Shown: positions 8,786 through 18,719 of the stretch, piece by piece | How positions within the stretch are numbered: position 1 is the first letter of the stretch | Layout: each line of letters starts with the position of its first letter | NCBI GenBank assembly: GCA_964507605.1 | Contig: CAZDQA010000003.1 | Coordinates: forward strand, 1-37,379 | DNA: 37,379 nt | DNA from: an uncultured Pseudomonadales bacterium | GTDB lineage: Bacteria > Patescibacteriota > Microgenomatia > UBA1400 > CG1-02-47-37 | Direction: 5' to 3' | The notes under the pieces: generated by a model | Database searches by the model: none | What the model saw: only the letters and a program-made list of their open reading frames with translations | What the model was told of the DNA's origin: nothing | Made by a program: the position numbers and the translations under genes

Positions 8786-10400
8786 ATACATTTTTATTTC
8801 TGGTGGAGTGCTGTCCGGGTTGGGAAAAGGGGCGATCACCGCTTCGTTGTCACTGTTACTTAAATCTCACGGTTATCAGGTTATGCCGGTTAAATGCGAG
8901 AACTACTTAAACCTGGATGCCGGCTTGATCAACCCCATCGAACATGGCGATCCGTTTTTGTGCGAAGACGGGGCGGAAACCGATATGGATATCGGCACCT
9001 ACGAGCGCTTTTTGGACATTAATTTGGGCAAAGAAAACTTCATTACCATGGGCCAGATTTATAAAGCGGTTATCGACAAAGAAAGAAACTTTTTCTATCA
9101 GGGTGAAGACGTCGAAGCCATTCCTCACGTCACCGATGAAATTATTAACCGTATTAAAAAAGTAGCCGGGACTAGCAAAGCCGAGATCGTTATTGTCGAA
9201 TTGGGCGGTACTGCCGGGGAATATCAAAATGCTCTTTATTACGAGGCCGCCCGGATCATGAAACTTAAATATCAGGACACAGTTGTCCACGTTCACGTTT
9301 CTTATCTGCCGACCCCGCCCCACTTGGGGGAACCCAAGACCAAACCGACCCAGCTCTCAGTGAAACTGTTAAATTCCATGGGCATTCAGCCCGACTTTAT
9401 CGTCGCCCGGGCCGACCGAATGATTGATCTACGCCGCACAGAAAGATTTGCCTTATTTTGTAATGTTGTACCCGGCCATATTATTTCTGCTCCGGATGTA
9501 ACTAATATTCTGGAACTCCCCTTAGTTTTGGAAAAACAGCAGTTTTCCGCTAAAATTTTAGCTCAGCTGGGTTTAGCCCAAACTCCGCCTAAATTATCCC
9601 AATGGCGCCGCTTAGTTCAATTAATTAAACAGCCCAAAAAACAAACTATCACCATTGCCATTGTCGGCAAGTATTTTGCCACCGGCGATTACCACTTGAC
9701 TGATTCTTATGCCGCTTTAGTCGAAGCCCTTAACCACGCGGTTTGGCAGCAAAAAGTAAATCTTAATTTAAAACAGCTTAATGCCGAAAAAATCACTGGC
9801 CATACTGAAAAGTTTTTAGCTGACTGCGACGGAATTATTGTTCCGATCGGCTGGGGATCAAGAGGCGTTGACGGCATGCTGGAAGCAATTCAATATGCCC
9901 GGGAAAACAAAATTCCTTATCTGGGATTATGTTTTGGCATGCAGCTGGCGGTCGTTGAGTTTGCCCGCCATGTTGCCCATCTGCCTAAAGCCCACTCCAC
10001 TGAAGTTGATCCCAAGACGCCTTATCCGGTCATTCACATGATCCCCGAACAAAAAAGAAACATGAAAGCCCGGGCTTATGGCGGCACAATGAGGTTAGGT
10101 ACCTGGGATTGCCGGGTAGTTCCCAATACTTTAGCTTACCAGGCCTACCAAACCACTTTAACTTCCGAGCGCCACCGCCACCGCTACGAATTTAATCCGG
10201 CTTATTTAAAACAATTAACCAAGGCCGGTTTGATTATCTCCGGCCGATCGGTTAAAGAAAATCTGGTCGAAATTATCGAACTTTCCCCAAAAGACCACCC
10301 GTTTTTCCTGGGAACTCAGGGCCATCCCGAATATAAATCCCGGCCTTTAAAACCGCACCCGATTTTTATGGAATTTGTCAAAGCAGCAAAAAAAGTATAG
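8772..10400 (+). CDS. pyrG: CTP synthase
   Basis: 542 aa. N-terminus KYIFISGGVLSGLGKG and the glutamine amidotransferase site YLGLCFGMQ. Overlaps the dnaE end by 14 nt. Confidence 0.95.
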   Translation: MPKTKYIFISGGVLSGLGKGAITASLSLLLKSHGYQVMPVKCENYLNLDAGLINPIEHGDPFLCEDGAETDMDIGTYERFLDINLGKENFITMGQIYKAVIDKERNFFYQGEDVEAIPHVTDEIINRIKKVAGTSKAEIVIVELGGTAGEYQNALYYEAARIMKLKYQDTVVHVHVSYLPTPPHLGEPKTKPTQLSVKLLNSMGIQPDFIVARADRMIDLRRTERFALFCNVVPGHIISAPDVTNILELPLVLEKQQFSAKILAQLGLAQTPPKLSQWRRLVQLIKQPKKQTITIAIVGKYFATGDYHLTDSYAALVEALNHAVWQQKVNLNLKQLNAEKITGHTEKFLADCDGIIVPIGWGSRGVDGMLEAIQYARENKIPYLGLCFGMQLAVVEFARHVAHLPKAHSTEVDPKTPYPVIHMIPEQKRNMKARAYGGTMRLGTWDCRVVPNTLAYQAYQTTLTSERHRHRYEFNPAYLKQLTKAGLIISGRSVKENLVEIIELSPKDHPFFLGTQGHPEYKSRPLKPHPIFMEFVKAAKKV

Positions 10401-10403
10401 AAT
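10375..10403 (+). promoter_or_regulatory. Candidate promoter of rplS (TTGTCA-17-TAGAAT) embedded in the pyrG 3' end
   Basis: TTGTCA at 10375-10380, a 17-nt spacer, TAGAAT at 10398-10403 (its TAG is the pyrG stop), then 8 nt (CACCCTCT, no SD) to the ATG at 10412. Confidence 0.5.
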
Positions 10404-10411
10404 CACCCTCT

Positions 10412-10729
10412 ATGGCTATCACTACTAAAATAAAAGATACCCAGGTTAAAGTTGGTGATACTGTTAAAGTTAAGCATCAATTTACGGTTGATGATAAAAC
10501 TCAAACCCAAACTTTCCAGGGTCTGATTATCGGCATTCAGGGCAGAGAAGTGGGCAAAACCTTTACTGTCAGAAAGATTGCCGCCGACTCAATCGGAGTG
10601 GAAAAAATCTGGCCGGTCCACAGTCCCAATATTCTTAAAGTGACAGTGGTTAAGGCCGGCAACACCAGAAGGGCTAAACTATATTACTTGAGAAAACGCA
10701 TCGGCAAAACCGCTCTCAAAGTCAAATAA
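10412..10729 (+). CDS. rplS: 50S ribosomal protein L19
   Basis: 105 aa. The L19-like pattern (GD.V.V.......K.R.Q.F.G.II......G....FTVRKI..G.GVE...P.HSP.I..V.V) ends in basic RRAKLYYLR. Confidence 0.9.
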   Translation: MAITTKIKDTQVKVGDTVKVKHQFTVDDKTQTQTFQGLIIGIQGREVGKTFTVRKIAADSIGVEKIWPVHSPNILKVTVVKAGNTRRAKLYYLRKRIGKTALKVK

Positions 10730-10827
10730 GCTTCAAAGATGTGTTAAAATGGGTTTACGCTAAGTAAAATGGGCTCCGCCTTGATCCCGCCAGCTGGCGG
10801 AGAAAGGCCAGCCCTGAGCGTAGCGAA

Positions 10828-10900
10828 GGGCCGGTAGCTCAACGGTTAGAGCTTTTGCCTTTTAAGCAAAGTGTTCTGGGTTCGAATCCCAGCCGGCTCA
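10828..10900 (+). tRNA. tRNA-Lys(UUU)
   Basis: GGGCCGG-TA-GCTC-AACGGTTA-GAGC-T-TTTGC-CTTTTAA-GCAAA-GTGTT-CTGGG-TTCGAAT-CCCAG-CCGGCTC-A. Full cloverleaf with anticodon TTT. CCA is not encoded. Confidence 0.9.
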
Positions 10901-10912
10901 CGGGTTTTTTTT

Positions 10913-10984
10913 GGCCCCATAGTCTAGAGGTTAGGACATTGGGTTTTCATCCCAAAAACCAGGGTTCGATTCCCTGTGGGGTCA
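10913..10984 (+). tRNA. tRNA-Glu(UUC)
   Basis: GGCCCCA-TA-GTCT-AGAGGTTA-GGAC-A-TTGGG-TTTTCAT-CCCAA-AAAC-CAGGG-TTCGATT-CCCTG-TGGGGTC-A. Anticodon TTC. CCA is not encoded. Confidence 0.9.
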
Positions 10985-10989
10985 CAAAA

Positions 10990-11589
10990 ATGAAATTTTT
11001 AATACCAATCGGGTTTTTAATATTTATATCAGGTTTATACTTAGCTTTTCTCAAACACTCTGATATTTGGTATAGCGTTTTTCTAATAGGCGGTTTTTTA
11101 CTCCTTGAGGGAGTAAATTTCAAAAAAGGATCCTCTGTACTGAAAAACAGAAAATGGTTTTTGCTGACGTGGTTAATATTTATAGCCATAACGATTGTTG
11201 TTGAAATTATCGGTAATTATTGGTTGAACCTTTGGGATTATCCAACTTTTGATAAAGTTGATTACTTGATCCACGTGATTGTTATAGGTTATCCATTAAC
11301 TGGTTTCTTTGGTTTAGAATTTTTTATTTTACTGCAAAAAATTTTTACTTCGCGAAAAACCCAGATAATCATCCTGCCTATATCTGCTTTCCTTTTTGGT
11401 TATCTTAATGAATATCCGAATATTTTTGCCTACGAATGGAAATATATTAACTGGCCATTCGCTGAATTTCTGGGAATTCCGATTTTGGTATCGCTTTTAT
11501 GGATTCTGTTGTTGATTGTTATTTTCTTTAAGAAGCCTTTTGAATTCAGAAAAGTCAGCCTGCGAGGAGTCTCCTCGCAGGTAATCTAA
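10990..11589 (+). CDS. Hypothetical polytopic membrane protein (visibly AT-rich gene); C-terminus runs through a REP-variant palindrome
   Basis: The start is moved to the Met at 10990 (MKFLIPIGF...) because the tracked 5' extension (10855) is the tRNA-Lys/Glu sequence. About 6 hydrophobic segments. No family recognised. The tail SLRGVSSQVI is encoded by the palindrome at 11559-11581. Confidence 0.6.
   Translation: MKFLIPIGFLIFISGLYLAFLKHSDIWYSVFLIGGFLLLEGVNFKKGSSVLKNRKWFLLTWLIFIAITIVVEIIGNYWLNLWDYPTFDKVDYLIHVIVIGYPLTGFFGLEFFILLQKIFTSRKTQIIILPISAFLFGYLNEYPNIFAYEWKYINWPFAEFLGIPILVSLLWILLLIVIFFKKPFEFRKVSLRGVSSQVI
11559..11581. repeat. REP-like palindrome, variant type (compensatory inner stem), orphan copy
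   Basis: CCTGCGAGGAG-T-CTCCTCGCAGG, perfect 11-bp arms. The outer 9 bp are identical to type 1. The inner two pairs are swapped on both arms (TC/GA to AG/CT). Confidence 0.9.
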
Positions 11590-12188
11590 AGGCTTAGTTT
11601 CAACCTGGCGCCGGAAAGATTGGCCTGCTCGCCAGTGGTGGACTTCAGTTCAATGACATAAGTATTAGTCCCGTTGTGCAGTTTAAATGCGGGCGAACTT
11701 TTCCAGGTGGCAATATTGGAATTGTTAAATATTTCCGTCACCTGCATAATCGCTCCGCTGGTTTTGTTTTTCAGTCTCGCCCAGGCTTCGCCGTTGACAA
11801 TTGATAGTTGCGCTTCAAACACCGCCTTCACCTCAGCCGGATAATCACTGCTGTTCAGCTGGATGGCCGCGCCGGTTTCCGTCCATTCGGTCTTAGTAGT
11901 CGTCGCCGAGCCCAAATAAATATTCTGGGGCTGCCAGCTAGAACTAGGGGTAATCACAGGAGAAGTTATCACTGCCGGACTGGAACTGGGAATTAGGCTG
12001 GGACTGGGGCTGACACTGCTGGGGACCAAACTCGGGCTGGGGATTATGCTGGCTTCAGGCACAAGACTTTGACTGGTAATAAATAAATCCAAGCTTTCCG
12101 TCAATTGTTTTTGCTTAACCCATAAACCAATCACGCTTAAACCTAAAACTACCAAGCCCGTAATCACCACAATCTTAAAGCGATCCAT
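11586..12188 (-). CDS. Hypothetical membrane-anchored protein with a Ser/Pro-rich linker and a C-terminal beta-rich domain
   Basis: 200 aa. An N-terminal TM helix (IVVITGLVVLGLSVIGLWV), then a low-complexity SPSPSL[VI]PSS repeat linker (nt about 11937-12059), then a ~115-aa domain. No family recognised. Confidence 0.55.
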   Translation of the reverse strand: MDRFKIVVITGLVVLGLSVIGLWVKQKQLTESLDLFITSQSLVPEASIIPSPSLVPSSVSPSPSLIPSSSPAVITSPVITPSSSWQPQNIYLGSATTTKTEWTETGAAIQLNSSDYPAEVKAVFEAQLSIVNGEAWARLKNKTSGAIMQVTEIFNNSNIATWKSSPAFKLHNGTNTYVIELKSTTGEQANLSGARLKLSL

Positions 12189-12195
12189 AAACTGC

Positions 12196-12201
12196 TATAA
12201 T
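12196..12201 (+). promoter_or_regulatory. Candidate -10 box (TATAAT) 6 nt upstream of the ATG at 12208
   Basis: TATAAT-CTTATC-ATG in a 19-nt divergent intergenic gap. No SD. The -35 is weak (TCTTAA). Confidence 0.35.
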
Positions 12202-12207
12202 CTTATC

Positions 12208-13071
12208 ATGAATCCGCTTAAATATGTTTTAATGCTTTTCACTTATCTATGGTTAAGGTTCGACCTGATTCTGTACATAACTTTTAGAAAAGACTGGACG
12301 CCCCGTTATGAATTTCTCGCCAGTATTTTTGGTGAAGACGATGCCGAAAAGTTTTTAGCCCATCGCGTCAATCTTGTTAAAGCCAGAAATAAAATTTTAC
12401 CTCCAATAATTCTTTTAACTGATGTTGACAAAAAAATCACTGAATTTTTAACAATTAAACCTTCCACTAAACTCAATAAAACCCAGCGTCTGGCAATTAT
12501 CGATCAGCTGATCTTTTGGGCAGTTGACCCGGAAATTAACCGCTTCAACATCGACAGTTACCAGTCACGGTCAGCCATTGTTGACGGTTTATTAAATCCT
12601 ATCTTCCAGAACAGTTTAATCAGTGAAATTAACTTCATCCTGGACGGTCTTAAAAAAATTGTTTTTTCCCGGGTAACCTATCTTGGCAGTAAAGGCGAAC
12701 CTTCACCGGTTGTTCATAATGTCATTCTTTCCGGCGCCGCCCGGATATTAACTTCTCACTTTAACGAACTGGTCAGATTAAGGGATGAAAAACTGGACAA
12801 ATTAACCAAAGTTAAGTTGATTAAAGAAATCAATCAAGCCAAAGGCGAAACCGGGTCGCTGGCTTTTTCCGCCGATCCCAAGGTTGATGAAGACTTTCAA
12901 AATAAATTTCCGCTGCCCCGGTACCAAGCCAAGCTTTTATGGAAGATTTTAACCCATTACCGGTTTTCCGCTTGGCCTGAATCAAGAGAAAAAGCAGCAA
13001 GGCTCATTAACAACTTCCATAAACAACTGGGCTTTTCCCCGGAAGAACTATTTGCCTTAAACAAAAAATAA
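12208..13071 (+). CDS. Hypothetical protein, first gene of the atp transcription unit
   Basis: 287-aa ORF with one N-terminal hydrophobic helix and no motif I recognise. It ends 17 nt before atpB on the same strand. Confidence 0.5.
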   Translation: MNPLKYVLMLFTYLWLRFDLILYITFRKDWTPRYEFLASIFGEDDAEKFLAHRVNLVKARNKILPPIILLTDVDKKITEFLTIKPSTKLNKTQRLAIIDQLIFWAVDPEINRFNIDSYQSRSAIVDGLLNPIFQNSLISEINFILDGLKKIVFSRVTYLGSKGEPSPVVHNVILSGAARILTSHFNELVRLRDEKLDKLTKVKLIKEINQAKGETGSLAFSADPKVDEDFQNKFPLPRYQAKLLWKILTHYRFSAWPESREKAARLINNFHKQLGFSPEELFALNKK

Positions 13072-13088
13072 TATATAATTGACTTATC

Positions 13089-13802
13089 ATGGCCTTGAAT
13101 ATTTCCATATCGGCAGAGCCGATTTTTAATTTGGGACAGTTCGAGTTTACCAACTCCATGCTGGTCAGCCTCTTAGTTACTGTTTTTTTATCCCTATTGG
13201 CAGTTAGTTATAGCCTGCACATTAGGTCAAAGAAAAAAACACCCTTCTTTGTCTTTATTCAAACGATTCTGGAATCATTTTATGAATTTGTTCAATCGAT
13301 CGCTCCCCAGCAGGCAGGCCGTTTTTTCCCTTTAATCGCTTCGATCTTCTTTTTTGTTATGTTAGCCAGCTGGGCCGGTTTACTGCCTGGCGCGGAAACC
13401 ATTTTTTGGCAGGGAGTTCCTCTTATCCGCGGCGGCACCGCTGATTTAAATATTACTTTAGGCTTGGCCATATTTGCGGTTTTCAGCATCCAAGTCTATG
13501 GCTATAAAACTTTAGGGATGAAATATTTTAAGAAGTTTTTTGATTTTTCCAATCCGATTAATTTCTTTGTCGGTTTCTTAGAATTAATCAGCGAATTTGC
13601 CCGTATTATGTCTTTTGCTTTTAGGTTATTTGGGAACATTTTTGCCGGCGAGGTTTTATTGGCCGTAATTTCTTTCTTAGTTCCGATTTTCGCTTCTTTG
13701 CCTTTTATGGGTCTGGAAATATTTGTCGGCTTTATTCAGGCCTTAGTTTTTGCTACACTGACATTAGTCTTTATTAATATCGCTACTACTAGCCATCATT
13801 AA
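13089..13802 (+). CDS. atpB: F0F1 ATP synthase subunit a
   Basis: 237 aa, polytopic. The conserved stator Arg lies in FAFRLFGNIFAGE. Confidence 0.9.
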   Translation: MALNISISAEPIFNLGQFEFTNSMLVSLLVTVFLSLLAVSYSLHIRSKKKTPFFVFIQTILESFYEFVQSIAPQQAGRFFPLIASIFFFVMLASWAGLLPGAETIFWQGVPLIRGGTADLNITLGLAIFAVFSIQVYGYKTLGMKYFKKFFDFSNPINFFVGFLELISEFARIMSFAFRLFGNIFAGEVLLAVISFLVPIFASLPFMGLEIFVGFIQALVFATLTLVFINIATTSHH

Positions 13803-13822
13803 ATTATATTTAGGAGGTAATT

Positions 13823-14041
13823 ATGTCAGACAGTAATGTTATAGTCGGTGCTACCATCGCTATCGGCAGCATCGCCCCGGCTATCGCCATTGGTTTAATT
13901 GTTTCCAAGGCATTAGAAGCCATTGGCCGCAACCCTGAAGCCGCCGCTAAAGTCCAGACCGTCATGATCTTGGGCGTCGCCTTTGCTGAAGCCATTGCGA
14001 TTTATTCCTTGGTCGTCGCCTTGATTCTGAAATTTGTATAA
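13823..14041 (+). CDS. atpE: F0F1 ATP synthase subunit c
   Basis: 72-aa hairpin proteolipid with loop GRNPEA and the carboxylate in GVAFAEAIAIY. A strong SD (AGGAGG) lies upstream. Confidence 0.9.
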   Translation: MSDSNVIVGATIAIGSIAPAIAIGLIVSKALEAIGRNPEAAAKVQTVMILGVAFAEAIAIYSLVVALILKFV

Positions 14042-14060
14042 ATAATTTAGGAGACAAGCC

Positions 14061-14549
14061 ATGTCCATCCATTGGTATCAGCTTTTGTTTCAAATCATTA
14101 ATTTTGGCATACTGATTTTGGTGATGAAAAAGTTTCTTTACCAACCCATCATCACTATTATTAATCAGCGCAATAAAAAAATCGAAGATTCCATCAAAGC
14201 CGCTGAAGCTAATTTAAAAGAAAAAGCCAAAATTGAAGAAATTAAAAAACAAGCGGTTATCGAAGCCGAAAAAGAAGCGGTCCGGATTGTGGAAACAGCC
14301 CGGAAAGAATCAGATAAAACCGGCAAACAAATTCTTCTGGCCGCCCGGGCTGAAGCTGAAGAAGAAGTCGATAAAAAATTAAAACTCTTGACTGAAAAAC
14401 TGGCCGAACAAGAAAACCAAATTACCGGCCGGATTACTGATCTGGTCATCAAAGCCACTCAAAGCGTTTTAAGCAACAGTCTCACCCTTAGCCAGCAAAA
14501 AGCGATTCTTGACAGCGAAATTAAAAAACTAGCCAAATTATCTAAATAA
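14061..14549 (+). CDS. atpF: F0F1 ATP synthase subunit b
   Basis: 162 aa. An N-terminal TM helix followed by a long charged coiled coil. SD AGGAG upstream. Position in the operon fits. Confidence 0.85.
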   Translation: MSIHWYQLLFQIINFGILILVMKKFLYQPIITIINQRNKKIEDSIKAAEANLKEKAKIEEIKKQAVIEAEKEAVRIVETARKESDKTGKQILLAARAEAEEEVDKKLKLLTEKLAEQENQITGRITDLVIKATQSVLSNSLTLSQQKAILDSEIKKLAKLSK

Positions 14550-14899
14550 TGAAAGATTCCCATCAAATCGAAGCCATTACCGCCGCTATTTTAGATTACC
14601 TGCAAACCAATAAAGCTTTGGATTTACTGCCGCAGATTGCCCAAAAATTAACTGAAGAAAGCTGGGTAAAAATCGATCCGGACCTCGCCCAAATCAGCGC
14701 CCCGATAAAACTTTCTCCTCTCCAAACCAAAAGCATCCAAGCTCAATTATCAGCGCATTTTAACCGGCCAATCAGGATTAAAACCAAGATTGACCCGAGT
14801 ATTATCGCCGGTTTAAAGATTTCTGTTGCCGGAAAAATCATTGACGCTACCGTTAACCACCGTTTAAAAACCTTAAAAGAGCAGATAATCTATGACTAA
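14549..14899 (+). CDS. atpH: F0F1 ATP synthase subunit delta (OSCP), short form
   Basis: 116 aa between atpF and atpA. The C-terminal OSCP-like motif IIAGLKISVAGKIIDATV..RL is present. From memory it is about 60 aa shorter than typical bacterial delta. Confidence 0.7.
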   Translation: MKDSHQIEAITAAILDYLQTNKALDLLPQIAQKLTEESWVKIDPDLAQISAPIKLSPLQTKSIQAQLSAHFNRPIRIKTKIDPSIIAGLKISVAGKIIDATVNHRLKTLKEQIIYD

Positions 14900-16414
14900 C
14901 TTGCAAAAAATTATTTCTGACCGGATTGATCAATTTACACCGGACTTAAGTGCCAAGAGTGTCGGCAAGATCATTACCCTCGGTGACGGTGTCGCCACTA
15001 TCAGCGGTTTAAATGATGCCATGATGTCCGAAATCCTGGAATTCCCCCGCAAAACCTATGGTTTGGTCCTCAATTTAGAAAAACACTCGGTTGGGGCGAT
15101 TATTTTAGGCAGCTATAAACATTTAAAAGAAGGGGATGAGGTCAATACTACCGGGAAAATTCTCCAAGTCCCGGTCGGTGAAAATTTGCTCGGCCGGGTG
15201 ATCGGTCCTTTAGGCAATCCGATTGACGGCCAACCTGCTCCTAAAACTTCTACCAGCAATCCTTTAGAAAAAATCGCTCCCGGTGTCGTCACGCGCGAAA
15301 AAGTCAACCAGCCGGTGCAAACCGGAGTCACCGCCGTTGACAGCATGATCCCTATCGGCAGGGGACAGCGGGAACTGATTATCGGCGACCGCAGTACCGG
15401 CAAATCTTCGATTGCCATCACCACCGTCATTAACCAAACCAAGAAAAATCTTATCTGTATTTATGTGGTTATCGGCCAAAAGGCCGCCTTCACCTCCCAG
15501 CTGGTCGAAACCTTGAAAAAGTTCAAAGCTCTGGACCATACCCTTATTGTTGCCGCCAATGCCGCCGACTCGCCCTCTTTGCAGTATTTAGCCCCTTATG
15601 CCGGAATGGCCATTGCCGAATATTTTGCCGGCCAGGGCAAAGACGCCTTAGTGGTTTTTGATGATCTTTCCAAGCATGCCTGGGCTTACCGCGAGCTTTC
15701 TTTACTGCTCCGCCGTCCTTCCGGCCGCGAAGCTTATCCCGGCGATGTGTTTTACCTTCACTCCCGCTTGCTGGAACGGGCAATTAAGTTCAATCAGGAT
15801 AATAACGGCGGGTCAATCACTGCTTTGCCGATTATCGAAACTCAAGCCGGCGATGTTTCCGGCTATATCCCCACCAATATTATCTCTATCACCGACGGCC
15901 AAATTTATCTGGAAACCGACCTGTTTAATGCCGGTATCCGTCCCGCTATCAATGCCGGCCTTTCTGTTTCCCGGGTGGGCGGCAATGCCCAAATCAAAGC
16001 CATGCGCCAGGTTGCCGGCAAGTTAAGAATGGACCTGGCCCAATACCGGGAAATGGCTGCTTTTGCCCAATTTTCTTCTGATCTGGACTCAGCCACCAAA
16101 GCCCAGCTGGACAGGGGCGCCAAGATCACCGAAATCTTAAAGCAGGGTTGGGATACACCCATGCCTGTTACCGACCAAGTGTTAATCATTTGGGCAGTTA
16201 CCAATGGTTATTTGGATTCAACTCCTCTGGATAAAATTAAAACCTGGCAGCAAGAATTTATAACTTACCTGGCTTCCACTCAGCCGGAAATCGCCAAGAC
16301 AATTACCTTAGAAAAAATCCTCTCCGATAAAACCATTAAATCATTGCAAAAATATACCCAAAAATTCAATGACGCCCATCCTGATTTAAGCTTGCAAGAC
16401 GAAGAGGAAAACCT

Positions 16415-16418
<4 letters not shown>
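14892..16418 (+). CDS. atpA: F0F1 ATP synthase subunit alpha
   Basis: 508 aa. Walker A GDRSTGKS and other typical alpha motifs (e.g. PAINAGLSVSRVGG). Confidence 0.95.
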
Positions 16419-18716
<2,298 letters not shown>

Positions 18717-18719
18717 TTT

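Noticed and set aside
8907-9323. A 138-aa antisense ORF inside pyrG. Similar antisense or off-frame ORFs appear in the track, e.g. 278-460, 14165-14458, 15113-15442, 15544-15783, 15658-16026, 16600-16914, 17655-17957, 23719-24000 and 36674-36937.
   Set aside because: All lie entirely within strongly supported conserved genes on the other strand or frame. They have low-complexity or Arg/Pro/Gly-rich translations and no motifs, which is typical of shadow ORFs.
10901-10912. A T8 run (CGGGTTTTTTTT) between tRNA-Lys and tRNA-Glu, considered as an intrinsic terminator.
   Set aside because: There is no convincing GC-rich hairpin other than the tRNA acceptor/T arm itself. The two tRNAs are only 12 nt apart, so they are most likely co-transcribed.
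10855-10989. A 5' extension of the tracked ORF 10855-11589 (MPFKQSVLGSNPSRLTGFFWPHSLEVRTLGFHPKNQGSIPCGVTK).
   Set aside because: These codons are simply tRNA-Lys and tRNA-Glu read as protein. The real start is the Met at 10990.
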